A model generated the notes under the pieces. The model was not told the origin of the DNA, made no database searches, and was given only the letters and a program-made list of their open reading frames with translations. From positions 60,636,001 to 60,700,000 of the forward strand of contig OX597824.1 in assembly GCA_951406725.2 (NCBI GenBank): a stretch of DNA of 64,000 nt. Direction: 5' to 3'. How positions within the stretch are numbered: position 1 is the stretch's first letter; every line of letters starts with the position of its first letter. Positions 26,030 through 40,395 of this stretch are shown piece after piece. The position numbers were made by a program, and so were the translations under genes. The stretch comes from Octopus vulgaris. Taxonomy: Eukaryota.

Positions 26030-28870
26030 AGATGAAAAATTCTTGGTGGCTAAAAAATGCTCAACCATTGGAAACTGGCTGCTAGCTCCTACAGCTTCAG
26101 ACAATTGCATGATAGTCTGAAAATGTATTTGATCCCAAAATGGGCGGAATATATTCTTTCTAACGAAAGCTTAAACAATGAAACGCTTAAACAATGAAAA
26201 GATTGGCTGAACGCTTTAAATCTGTAGTAAATCAAAAATCCACTACCGATCCTGAAGTAATCAATGAAATCCTTCAGAGGCCTGTAATTGAGGAACTTGC
26301 GGAAGATACTTTCTGAGAAGAGATAAGAGCTGCTGTTAAAAAACATTTCCAGTGGTAAAGCTCCCGGACAAGATGATATCCCGATAGAAGTGTACAAACA
26401 TGGTGGTAGATAGCTTGTGAAAAAAAGCTACGCGAGTTGATCTACTTGATCTGCAAAAGTGGATCCGTTCTCCAACAGTTCAAAGATGCATTTATGACGA
26501 ACTTGTACAAAAACAAAGGGAAGATGTATGTATGTGATAATCACAGGGGAATTAGTTTGTTGTGCATAACTGGAAAATTCTTGCGAGGGTGATTATTAAC
26601 CTTATAGATAAGCATGTAGTAAACAACATATATCTTGAATTCTAATGTGGATTTCAAGCTGGAAGAGGTACAGGTGACATGACTTTTACCTGTCGGTAAG
26701 TTCAAGAAAAAGCACGTGAGCAAAATACTGACTTGTACATGGTCTTCGTTGCCTTGACTAAGGCTTTTGATACAGTAAATTGTGAGGCGCTTTGGAAAAT
26801 TGTGTCAAAAGTTGGTCTTCCTGACAAGATGATAAGGGTAATAGAATCTTTGCACAAAGGAATGAGGGTAACAGTGATATCTAACGGTCAATGTTCAGAA
26901 GCATTTTCTGTTTCCACAGAAAATAAACCGAGCTGTTTTTTTTAGCCCAGTACTATTTGCCACATTCTTTTCCGTAATGCTCCAACATGATTTTAGGGAT
27001 TAACATGAAGGTGTAAAATTTCGGTTTCGCACAGACTAAATGTAAATGGGCAAAGTTTCAGATCAAAGAAAAAGATCAAGGAAGAGATTGTACGTGATTG
27101 TCTGTTCGTTGATAGTTGCATTTTGATTTCTCATACATTTTAAGGAATTCAGGAAACAGTCGACAGGTTTGCTGCAGCAGCTCATGCATTTGGACTTACT
27201 CAGCATTAAGAAGACTGGAGTTTTATTCTTGGGACAGAACATACTCAAGATTCAAATGTGATGATCGACGGTATGCCTCTCAAATGGGTCAGGTCATTTA
27301 AATAACCTGGATGTCCAATAAACTTTAAGAGTATTCTTCATGATGAAATAAATATTAAAATATCTAAGGTTACAAGTGTTTTAGAAAACTTTCCCATTGC
27401 TTGTGGGGTGAACACGGTATCAGTTTTTAAATTAAAGCAGGTGTATACAAATTTTGTATTTTGAGCACGCCTTTGTACGGGATAGAAGCGCCGAGTCCCT
27501 ACTACAGACATATAAGGAAACTTGAAACCTTTCACATGTGCTATCTGTGCAATACTTGCAACATAAAATGGCAATTCAAGTGACACAAGGCTTAAATTCT
27601 GTACAGGCTTTTCTCACATCATTGTTAGCACTCTGTGTTATTTTCATTGCTGTCTTATTGTCCTTTTATACACTTTTGTAATTATGTATGTCCTTTTGTA
27701 GTAATGAGAAAATCATGGCTCTACGCATGAAATTAAGAGATGATCGCTATGTGACAATTATAAAAGTATATGCACTGACTCTTGATAGCAGTGAAGAAGC
27801 AAAACTCGAATTCTATGAAGCTTTAAATGTGTGTTTGCATGGTATAACGAATTCTGATTAAATTATTTTGCTTAGTGATTTAATGCTTGAGTTGGCACTG
27901 ATTAGAACATATACAGATGTCTTGGAAGGTATGGAGTTGGGAAAATGAACGATATCGCATTGTTACTCCGTCAACTTTGCACAGAAATGGACTTATTGAT
28001 ATTGAATATCAGTTTAATCATAAAGAATGCCACATGGATACATCCTCGATCAAAACAGCGGCACCTAATTGATTTTGTAATTGTTAGACAGAGATATAAA
28101 AAATATACTTAATGTGCGTTCCTTAAAAGGGGCAGGCTGTTATTCAGATAACGCACTTGTTAGAGCAAAAAAAATGACAATACATCTTAGACACAGGCAG
28201 TTTTACATTAAAACCCTACTAGAACGTATTAATCCAGGAAAAGTTTAAAATCGTGATGTGCAGGAAGCTTTCCAGGAACATCTTGCATCAATTCAAGATC
28301 TACCTTCAAGGGAGTGAACTACAAGTTATATGATATCTCTTTTGAATTCCTTGGTTACAAAAAGCTGATAATCGGGATTAGTTTGATGAAAATAATAGAC
28401 TACTCTGATAATTGTGCTCTAAACTGTAAATCAAATAGGTGCACAAGGAACCAGATTCTAAATTACTTGAAGTGCTGGTGTGGATGACATTGAAGCTGAA
28501 ATTCAATGACACAGACTTCGCTTGATTGGCCATCTGATAAGGGAATCTAACCAACGCATACCCAAACAATTATTGTATGGTCAGATACCAAGGAGCAAAA
28601 ATGCCTCAAAGTAAACCAAAAGTGCGTTTCAAACAGTTAATAAATACCTCGTCAAAGACTTTCAATATGATGCACGCAAACTGGAAGATCGATGCAATCG
28701 GCTGATCAAAATGGAGGAGAACATCCGATAAGGTGCTGTCTCGTTTGAAGATAATAAGCAGAAACATGGACTGATAAAAAAAAAAGAGGTAAAAAAGGGT
28801 TTGCATGTTGCCAGTGATCCTTCTCTCCTAACTTGTGATACCGTATTTGACTCTCTCAAGCTGGACAAGT
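26030..28870 (+). mobile_element. Degenerate RTE-clade LINE, internally rearranged
   Basis: GKAPGQDDIPIEVYKHGG, MVFVALTKAFDTV and IKWQ; endonuclease motifs VYALTL and TWIHPRSK..HLIDF at ~27720-28160; RIPKQLLYG at ~28555-28580. Confidence 0.85.
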
Positions 28871-29291
28871 TAGTCATAAGCGGAAGCACGTATCTAGGCC
28901 CTCTACTGACTTTTCACAGTCACAGTCTGATGAACTATCTCGCTCTGTTTGCCATAAGATCTGACAAGATACATGAAATGTCAACAATTTCCAGCAATCT
29001 TTACCGCGAAATCAAGCATTTTCATGTCTGTGTAAAAAAAGTTGTAAATCTGTTGCTGGACTAAAGAGTCATTTCCAGTCATACAACATGTAGTCTATCC
29101 CAGACCATCTATTAGTAATTTTAAACCAACTATTCAATTCCATATTGCCTGCGAGTTTGTGTGTTGTTGGTTTTTAACTAGTATGATGGCTATGTGTATA
29201 ATAATCTGTTAGTGCTGGTGTTGAGAAGAGCCATATTCGATTAACGAGTAAACAGTCATTACACACATACACACACACGCACACACACGCA

Positions 29292-29356
<65 letters not shown>

Positions 29357-29715
29357 ACACACCATGGTTTAAAATAGCAAGAAATTTGTTATATGATTAC
29401 AGGTAGCATCACAACTGGCGCCAAAACGACATATAACTATTATAGGAAACCTGCGTCAATTCACTCAGATAATAGATCGCGAGAATAGATGTCTGAATGT
29501 AGTTTAATATTTGGTTATATCTAGTTCAGTACTTGGTTGTATCTAGTTAAAATGCCTCATTGTCATGTGTTGAAACTCTGTCGATGTTGGAGGGTTAACT
29601 AAACAAACCACCATTAATACGATTTTAATTTTACTGCAATAAACGTCTATTAGTACCTATGTGAAAGTTGATTAAATCGGTCATTCTGCCGCCAACACGT
29701 TTAATATATACGTAG

Positions 29716-30830
<1,115 letters not shown>

Positions 30831-30879
30831 TTGATCATGCTTTGTGGTTATTTGTACCAGTTTTCCTAGGTTCTGGACC

Positions 30880-31475
30880 AATTCTTTAACGTTAAGTACA
30901 AAGAATGCATTGTCAGAGCGAAAGGCGTGCTCTGAGAGACGAGGGAAGGAAAGTCGCTCGATGGACCCGAGTGACAGGGGCGCAACGTGGTTACGATGCG
31001 CCTCTGACACTCTTGTGTCTTTGGTGGACAAAAATGGGTTCATGGTCCTCGAGCCCGAGCAGATGTTTGCGACATTTCAACAGCAATTCGTTTAACTGTT
31101 TGGGAAAAATGGCAGTCTGGAAAGCAGAATGGACTTTAGCACCTACCTCGACGGCATTCCAGACTCTCGATAAGGTGGGATGGAGCGTTGCGACATGTCG
31201 AAAACAGCCGCGGAAATGCGGGATGCGATGATGCGCTGCCAATCGTTTGGTTTGGATGGTCTACCTTACAAACTTTGCTTTTTTATGCCAGGCATGTTTG
31301 GTGGCATCTTAGCAAATATCAGCCTTAACTGGCAACAAAACGGAAGAATTCTTTTTTTCTGTGAGTCGATGAGCGGTAAAACTACAAAGAAAGGACCTAA
31401 ACAAGGGAGATCAAAGAGAAAATTTTAGCCCATAACGCTGCTGAACGCAGATTAAAAAATTTTGGCCAAGGTGCG
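30880..31475 (+). mobile_element. Tx1-like LINE fragment
   Basis: GLDGLPYKL and NWQQNG (ORF 31180-31428); homologous to 56800-57339. Confidence 0.8.
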
Positions 31476-32849
31476 TGGTCGACTTAGATAGACTTCGTAG
31501 GCAGGGACACTGTTACTGTGATGAGACATGTTCTGTCCTTCTAGCTATTTGTGGCACTTCTTTGTAGAACCTCTTATTTATGACCCTGCAGCAATCTCCA
31601 AATTCTTTGGAATATTTTGCTTTCAGTTTGTTGTAAGTTTGTCACGTTGCTTTTATAGCTTTTATGTGAATAGGTGAGTTATGCAGGGGTGAGACGTATT
31701 CATTTAGAGCAATGTGTATTTTTGAATAAGGTTTTATTACGTTTTTATTAATTGCGTTAATGGCCATGTAATTAGTGATGCCTTAGGAGTGCTGTTCGCA
31801 TTGTTGGTCTAGATTGCTATGTGTTTTGTTTGTTGGGGTGTTTGTAATAGTGTTGGTGTAGTGTGTGTGTGTGTATGTGTGTGTGTGCGCGCGTGTGTGA
31901 CAGTTTGTTGGTTTCTGTGTTTTCTCCACTAATCTCTCTCTCTCTTTTGTCTTGTACTGTGATTTTCAGTTTGTAATATTTTTCTTTTTTCTTTCATCAG
32001 AATCCATTCTGTTGGGTTTCCAAGACTGTTTTCCTTGATAAACGAGTTTTCACAGCCAAAGAGACTTGTTGCAAGAGGAGAGGTATGTCTACATAGTCGC
32101 GCATTTCTAAGCTAAACCGATATGTGTTACATGCTACGGCTGTTCATAACCGAAAAAAAACCCCCACTCAATAAAAAATCCCGTGATGGAACGAAAGCAT
32201 GCATCACCGTGGGTGATAACTTTTTGAACAAGAAGTGCCCATCATTGTTACATCTCTGCAAAAGAGTGTAGGTTCTAGAAAGACTCAAAAGTCACATCTG
32301 TCCTGCTTCTGCTCAAGAGGACAATCAAACGAGGAAAGCGCGTTGTAGTCATCTCGTGTGGTGTGGTGTGCTGTGCACGTGATGGTGGTGGTAGTGGTAG
32401 TGGTAGTGGTAGTGGTGTGTGTGTGTGTGTGTATGTGTGTGTATGAAATGAGTATTTATAAATAACTCTGACTGTATCACTAATCACGTGAACAAAAGGT
32501 TGTAAATAGTAAGAATGAAGTGTTTCCGATATTTTCTGCTACTGCCTCGCACAGAATGTTCGTAACAAAAGCCTTTTGTTATGAAGCCTACTGCGCCGGC
32601 AGCATTAGATATGGATGAGAATTCATCATCTGAATATGTGGAATGTAAATTTCCGTAGTTATTACTTAAACTAGGACAGATATATAATTCATAGATGTTC
32701 TAACCGTGACTATTCTGTCTTTTATTTCAAATAAAATGTATCTCCAACTAAGATACCTAAAATCTACATTTTTTTTTAATATTACAGGCGCAGAAGTGGC
32801 TGTGCGATAAGAAGCTTGATTCCCAACGCACGTAGTTCGGGTTGATTCC

Positions 32850-33430
32850 CTGTGACTGCCCGATACGAGATTGACGCCAAGATTTCGTCCGGGTTGAAGA
32901 AGATCAAATCACAACCATGCTGCACCTGTGTCCGCTCGTAGTGTTGCGAGGGATATGCCACCTCAGACGGTTAAGTAGTTCGGACAGTGCCTCTGGTGGA
33001 GATATTCGAAGCTGCGTCGAATGAGTTTGACACAAGCGTGGTGAAAGAAATTGTTACAGTTAGAGCAACTTCTGCCCTTCTGTCGCCTGGTGTACATGGC
33101 ACAGGTGTGACATTGATAATCTGCGTTGTGGAGGGCTGCAGAGATAACATATATGGGCATAACGCGGGTGTATATAAATATACACGGACGTAAAATAAAC
33201 GAAAACCACCTCGTTTGATTCTCCCCGCAAAAATGATTAAAAAGAAACAGAAAAGTAAAAAAAAAAAAGAAAAAGAAAAGGAAAAAGAAAAAGAAAAATG
33301 AGACAGAAAGCAGTCTAAGGAAAAGGTTTGAATGATGACAAGGCAAGCATTGCTTGAAACGGCTAAACAGACCTAAGGCGGCGGCAGCAACTGTCTAATG
33401 GACTTTACTCTCCCTCCATGACCACAGCGA
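32850..33430 (-). mobile_element. Probable 5' fragment of a non-LTR element encoding a PHD-finger-like domain
   Basis: CHTC..CSNCNNFFHHAC..HCPNY spacing in ORF 32963-33346. Confidence 0.45.
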
Positions 33431-33739
33431 AAACAAAGTATTGCCAATCCTATACAACAGAGTCGGAAATTATTCTAGTGCGATCTTAAAGAGTCGGAAA
33501 TTGTATGTGAACTATGATAATTTTTTCGTAGGCGTGTGTTTTAAGTACAATAGATTTCAATTCCTCAAAATATTTTCTTGCATCAAACAATAACGAAAGT
33601 AGTATTTTTTTTCCCTCTCGATTGAAACACTAAAGTCAAAAACCTGTAAACTTGAGATGAATGATGCGAAAAATCAGGGAATGAAACGATATCTTTTGCA
33701 CATCAATGCCAAATATAAAGTTAATATTTTCAGATTTTC

Positions 33740-34170
33740 CGGGACTGGGAGGGAAAGACAACTGATCAGCCTAGTTGTCTACTTTTTGAGTCTATCCACA
33801 GGAGGCACAACCCCCAAAACAAATAAGTCCAGTGCAACTTACAGGATAAAGTGGGAAGCCTTGGTGGATGATTGGATCAGCAAGAAATATTCAGAAACTA
33901 TTGCATCCAAATTCAGAGACCTTGAATAAACTGAAGATGTCGAAACGGAGTGAGAATTGTTTAGTTCAGCTGTTTCTTCTTCGACTGTACAGTGTTGTGG
34001 ACGAAAGTAGTTTGGTGTGATATCAGGTAGTCAAGTTGTAAATGAATTCCCAGGTTTAACTAAGAAGCTAAAGATACTATCCAAGCACAGAAGGAGGCTT
34101 ACAAAGCTTGGCTCAGAAACACGTTTACTCTTTTGCGCATGCAGAATACTGAGGCGCGTAAAGTTGCAGC

Positions 34171-34226
<56 letters not shown>

Positions 34227-34330
34227 AAAGCGTCCAATGCTAAGCCAGGGCAAGACTTTGGGACTAAAATGGACTCTGATTTTAGATTGGCCAATAAAAT
34301 ATCTTGCCAGACCATTCTTGACTTCGGAAC
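33740..34330 (+). mobile_element. RTE LINE linker-region fragment (probably same element as 37170-38741)
   Basis: RIKWEAL, EDVETE*ELF and DFGTKMDSDFRLANKI..QTI. Confidence 0.6.
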
Positions 34331-35178
34331 AAGAAGCGCATTTCCATATTTGCCATGAAGAACTCGACTGGAGTTTCCTCTAGAGCCGTGATTCCCAACG
34401 TGAGGCGCATGCCCCACCAGTGGGGCATGGTAATATTTTGGTGAGGCATGCTGAATTTTTATACCTTTTGTACACAATGTTTAGTATACCAATAGAGAAA
34501 GGGAGCAATTCGAGAATGAGTTATTAAAAAAAATAATTCTTTACATCCCTTCTGTGGACAATTTTATCAAATTTTGGACACTTTTGAGACAATAGGTTGT
34601 TTTCATCGTATTCATAAGATCTAATGTCACTAAAGAGGGAATAGATTATTTCTTTCGATTTAGTGGTATGTGAAAATATGTAGATAATTACAAAAGCGTA
34701 TGTGAGTGTGCGTGTATGTAGTATAGAACTGGTCAGTACTGAAAGCAATGCCATCTTAATTACCTATGGAGAAATAAACTGGAGATAGACTTATGTGTGC
34801 GAGTGTGTCTAAGAGTATTGAGTCTTATCTCTGACGACAGTGAGGGATGAAAGAATTGAATGGTGGGAAATGGGTTGAAATGGAGTGGAAATGAGGGGTA
34901 GCGTCAGTGAAGGAAGACAAAGAGGCTGAAAGAGAGAGGAGGAGGGAGATAGATAGAGAGAGATTTATGGTACTGGTAACGCACACACACACGTATATAT
35001 ATATATGAACAGAGATGAAAATTAACTGGTCATTTTATTCCCGCCAGTCAGTTTTGTGAATTCAGCAAAAAGGTAAGAAAAACTTCCATCATTGATACAA
35101 AGGCTTTTGCATCTGAGAAGATTCACGGAATATTTTTTTTTCTTTTTGAGCATATTTTCTGAAAGTTTATACTGAAAT

Positions 35179-35598
35179 CGTAAGGTGTACTAGCCATCTG
35201 AATGTGGCTAGCCACTGGGGGTGGGGTGTTACTGATGCTTTTAGCCCCAGGCGATCAACGTCACCAGATGGGCTTTAGACACAATTTCAGTGCCCTTGTG
35301 TTATTTGCAAAGGGAGGTCATCCTCCCTCGAAAACCTAAGTGCTACATACGGACTATAGTTTCAAGGTAATTGCCTCTCGTCAACGCATGGTAAACACCG
35401 GTTTTCGATGAAGGAGACCCCCTGCAAATAATATTTAACGTTTTTCACAGCAACCACTGTCACTGATTTAGAAAAACTGTCTGAAAGCAATAATAAATCT
35501 CTGAACGAGATATAAACAGTAACCGCTCGACAACGTAAGGTGTACTAGCCATCTGAATGTGGCTAGCCACTGGGGGTGGGGTGTTACTGATGCTTTTA
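35179..35598 (-). mobile_element. Retrozyme-like unit (355-bp period, 65-bp identical direct repeat)
   Basis: 35179-35243 equals 35534-35598. A hammerhead at 35346-35390 sits inside a long stem. Confidence 0.7.
35346..35390 (-). ncRNA. Type I hammerhead ribozyme (C3U variant)
   Basis: Minus strand: CAUGCG-UUGACGA-GAGG caauua CCUU-GAAA-CUAUAG-UC-CGUAUG. 6-bp stem I, palindromic stem III, GUC triplet. Confidence 0.72.
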
Positions 35599-35599
35599 C

Positions 35600-36642
35600 T
35601 GGATAATTTTTAATGAAATTGTCTACGAATATGTGTTATATCATGTTGATTCCGAATATGCAAAATTTTGGTGGGGAAAAGTATTTTAGGAGAGGTTGGG
35701 ATGGGGAATTTCGGAAATTCACCGGAGTCCACTTCAATTCGTCTTAACTTTCAAGGAAATGGATATTTTTTAATGAAATTCTCTACAAATATATCTCGGA
35801 TTATGTAGATTCCGAGGACATAGGAATTTTAGGAGAAAACAATTGGAGGCTATTTTTGAGAACAGTTCCCCACTCGTGGGTGTATCTGAACAAGTCGTCC
35901 ATATTTGTTTCATTTTCTCCGTTTTGTGCGTTTGTGCATCCATAGATTTCTACTGAAGCAACAAACAAGCAATGAAGCCCTCACCAGAAAACTCGTTATG
36001 CTAAAAATAACAGCTAAAGGTTTGGTACACAGAAATATGTTATGACAACTTATCTGTTGCAAACATTTGTTTTTTCACTTAAGTAAACTTACAGGTAAAC
36101 GTTTCTAATAGAAATGCAGAAGACACCAGAAGCAGAAATAAGGAATATACACGCACAGATAGACATAGAAGTGTAAAGCATAATTTGTTACATAATCTCT
36201 ATAATGATATTGAATAGAATAATTTCCCGTCTGAACTATTTTAATTACACATACATATACGTGTGTATGCATGTGCGCGCGCGCGCGCGTATGTTAGAAA
36301 TCTACAGATGCACAAACGCATAAAACGGAGAAAATGAAACAAATATGGGCGACTTGTTCAGATACACCAGTGAGTGGGGAACAGTTCTTAAAAATAGTCC
36401 ATAATTGTTTTCTCCCCAAATTCCTATGTCCTCGGAATCTGCATAATTTGAGGTATATTTGTAGAGAAGTTCATTAAGAAATATCAATTTCCTTGAAAGT
36501 TAAGACGAATTGAAGTGGATTCCGGTGAATTTTTCGAAATACCAAATTTTTATACCCCAACCTTCCCCTCCAAAAAATTTTGTATATTCGGAATCTACAT
36601 GATGTAACACATATTCGTAGACAATTTCATTAAAAATATCCT
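35600..36642. repeat. Long inverted repeat (~350-bp arms) formed by two copies of one repeat family
   Basis: 35600-35952 is the diverged reverse complement of 36296-36642. Confidence 0.85.
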
Positions 36643-37169
36643 TTTTTCTGAAAGTTATGATCATCCAAAGTCGGGGGCACAGAAATCTGTAGCTATGCCG
36701 ATTCCAAAATACATAAAATGAGTAGCGCAAGTAAAAAAAAATGTTCGTCAATATTTAGAGGAGTATTTAAAATTGGATTTATACTCGCTATCCACGATAA
36801 ACTGCCACCAAGTTATGGGCGAGAAACTCGGAACTTGTGAATTTTCTGAAGTGAATTTCTCAAAATTTCTTTATTATCGTAATCTATGCGGTTGAAAGGT
36901 ATGTATATAAAATTTCATTAAAAAAAATACATTTTCCTAAAAGTTATGAGGAAAAACTCGTATCTTGTGAATTTTCTGAAGTCCTCCCCTCACCGTTGCT
37001 TTCCGCGCATTTTTTTCATATTCGTTTCCTACACATTTTAAAAAAAAGGGTAATATTGTAAACATTAACCAAATTTTGAAATTACAAAAATTAAATATCA
37101 CAAGAGGGCATCAGGAATTTAGAAATGATTCGGTGGGGCATGGCCAAAAATTGGCTGGGAACCACTGCT

Positions 37170-38739
37170 CTAGAGAAAAGAGTATCTTTGGGAAGGGAAG
37201 AGAATACTTTGCTGATATCCTAAATCCAGTCACAATAAAATCGCCTGATGGACACGAGGTGCATCTTGGGCGAAGACTAAGCTCACTGAAGTTGAAGTCA
37301 TAGAGGCGAGTAAAGCGCTCAAATGTAGCAAGGGCGCTGGGGACGATGAAATTCGGCATGAAACGCTAAAAGCCTTAAACAGAGAAGATATTCTCTGATC
37401 GACTCATTTATGCTAGGCAGTTTAGATCCAAAGCAATAGAAAACCAGGGTGATGTTCCCAATTGTTAAAGAAGGAGATAAGAGAGAGTGCTCTAATTATA
37501 AAGGAATCTCCTTGTTGAGACTCCCAGTTAAAGTCTACGCTAGGCGTCTGAAAGAGAGATGTAGGTAATTGTTGAACCCAAGCTAACAGAAGAACAAGAT
37601 GGTTTCCATCCCAGATGTAGATATTTACTCTACGACAGATCTTCGAGAAATCGTACGAATATGGCCATGAGGTGTACACTTACTTTGCAGACTTCGAAAA
37701 GGCATGTGACTGCGTGTCGCGGGATATACTGTGGAGGGTTTTGCAGGAGTTTGGGATTAAAGGGAAACTTCTCATTGCCGTGAAGTCCCAAATACGAATG
37801 CTCAGAGGTTTGTGTTCGGGTAAAGGGAGCTAGATAAAAACATTTTAACGAGAGTGTAGAACTTCGGCGGAGTGCGTGTTGTCCCCTCTCCTGTTCAAAA
37901 TTTCTATGAACTGAATTGATACGTGCAGCCGTTGTGGAAGTAGTATCAAAATCACTGGATGTAGGATCCGGCAGTTAATGTCTGTAGACCACATGGTGCT
38001 ACTTGACTCATCAGCTGGTGATCTCCAGCATGCATTGACTGGCGTTGCTGTCGAGTGCTGTAAGGCAGGGATGAGGAGTAAAGTTCCCAGTGCACTCTGC
38101 ATTTAGTGGAACGTCACAAGACAAGTGTAGAAGCTTAAGTATTTACGAGTGATGGGAAACAGAAAGCTTAAATGGATGTTGAAATTGCAGGTGCTAGCAC
38201 TGTAATGCGCCTGCTCCGGCGTTCGTCATCAGAAGAGGAGGGAGTGGTAAAAAGCCAAACTCGTTACGTTCAACCGGAGTTTTGTGCCTATCCTCACTTG
38301 TGTCTATGAATGTTGGGTAATGGCCGAAAGAGTACGATCGTGAATACAAGCGACCGAAATGGGGTTCCTCTGAAGGTTCTCTGGAATAACGTTACCCGAT
38401 AAGGTGTGTAGTTCGGAGATCAGTGAGTCTCTCCAGGTTGCGTCGTCACTTCATCGCATTGAGAGAACACAGCACCGGCACTACGCAGTTGCGATTAGAA
38501 TATCACAGGACAATATTCGCTACATTGATTTTTGAAGCTGAGACAAAAGTAAGATGACCGAGGGGTAGACCAAGAACGAGATGGTTGGATAATATCCATA
38601 GTCTCAGTTGTCCACGATTGGGAAACTCACCAGAAAGTGTAATGACGGTTGCATTTGATAGGGCCCTATGTAAAAGGTACATGAAGACCTCCTCTCCCAC
38701 GCCCTTCCCACGAATAGGGTGCGAAGAAGATGGCTAGCT

Positions 38740-38741
<2 letters not shown>
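37170..38741 (+). mobile_element. Degenerate RTE LINE RT and 3' end with (TA)n tail
   Basis: EYFADILNP, SNYKGISLL, FTLRQIFEKSYEY, FADFEKA and CVLSPLLF. Confidence 0.85.
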
Positions 38742-38795
<54 letters not shown>

Positions 38796-39549
38796 CTTCT
38801 TCGCACCCTATTCGTGGGAGGAGTGTGAGAGTAGAGGTCTCTGGGAATAAAAAAGAGAGTACACATTGCAAATGACGACCCTCACCCCACACCTACCCGA
38901 GACTACCACCCACACCCACTCTGCTCCAACCACTCCTTACAGACACCAACCCTCTCCCTACCCCACCTGACATAAAGACAAGCACAAGCACACAGGAGGC
39001 CCAAATTTCCCCAGTCTTGCCCGGTAATGAAATATATGTTATAATGTACGATGGAGAAAATGAAAAACTTGATAATGAGATAAACTGGTGGAATAGAGTC
39101 ATAAAGTAGATATAACAAGAGTGAAGGGGTTGCCCGGGTATATGCGTTGTGTGATGGCAGACCCGGGGTGCCGTTCAAAATTAAAGGATTATGAGGAAGA
39201 CTGTGACTACGAGTGGTGGGTCAAGAGGATAGACACCAGCACAATGCCCGAACGGGTAAGCTGTAATGATATTTTTAAAAAGTATAAGATAAACATTTTA
39301 CGTAAAAATGAAAACTAGCTGTCACAAAGGCATTATCAATGGTAGCTTAAATTAATGTTTTTTTTTTGTTTTTTTTTTAAAAAGGGTTGTATTAACAGGT
39401 TCAATGAAGTCGCTCGGAGGTGGAGCCGAACGGCTTCATTCCATTTTTTCATTATATTAAATTCATCTTTTCCATTCGTTTTGTTTTTTAGCCCCCACCT
39501 TGTGCTGTCCACTCTGTGTACGGCCTTTATGGTCAATTTCATGAAATAA

Positions 39550-40080
39550 AGAAGCTTGCTTCCCAACCACATGGTTCCAGGTTCATTTCAACTGCGTTGT
39601 ACCTTAGGCAAGTGTTTTCTGCTATAACCTCGGACCGATCAAGGCCTTGTAAGGGGATTTGGCTGACGGAAACAGAAAGAAGCCCATCGTGTGTGTATGT
39701 GTGTGTGTGTGTATCTTTGTGTCTGTGTTTGTCCTTCTACCACCAGTTGAAAACCGGTGTCGGCCTGTTTACATACCCGTAATTTAGTGGTTTGGCAAAG
39801 AAGACCGATGGAATAAGTACCAAGCTTAAAAATAAGTACTGGGGTCTATTCATTCGACTAAAAAGAATTCAAGGCGATGCCTGCGCATGACTGCTGTCTA
39901 ATGACTGAAGCAAGTAAAAGACAGAAGATAAAAGAAGGGTTTTAGTTAAAAATATCGACTCCGAGGCATACTTTTAAAGCCTATTACTCATTCTATCGGT
40001 CCTTTTTTTTTTACCGAACCGCTAAGTTACATACCAACCCCGGTTGTCAATCAGTGATGGGGTACAAACACATACACAAA
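39550..40080. mobile_element. Two SINE family A copies in opposite orientation
   Basis: + copy at 39550-39930; partial - copy at 39935-40080. Confidence 0.75.
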
Positions 40081-40102
40081 GTCACACACACACAAATATA
40101 TA

Positions 40103-40139
<37 letters not shown>

Positions 40140-40395
40140 GGCAATAAGAAAATGGAGGGGATCAAGAGGTAGAAGTCATCAACTTTTAGACATTATATTA
40201 TGTTTATTTAATTATTAAAAAATAAAACAAAGCAGTCATAATAATATACATACGTGTATAACAGGTTATGTTTTATATATATAAAAAATACCAGTAATTA
40301 TCTATAATATATAACGTAGAACATAGAAAGTAGCTACTATTCTACTTTCTATGTTCTACGTCATATATTTTAATAATTACTGATATATTTATATA

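Noticed and set aside
33925-33950. CTGAAGA-tgtc-GAAA motif
   Set aside because: It lies in RTE coding sequence (EDVETE) and has no pairable stems.
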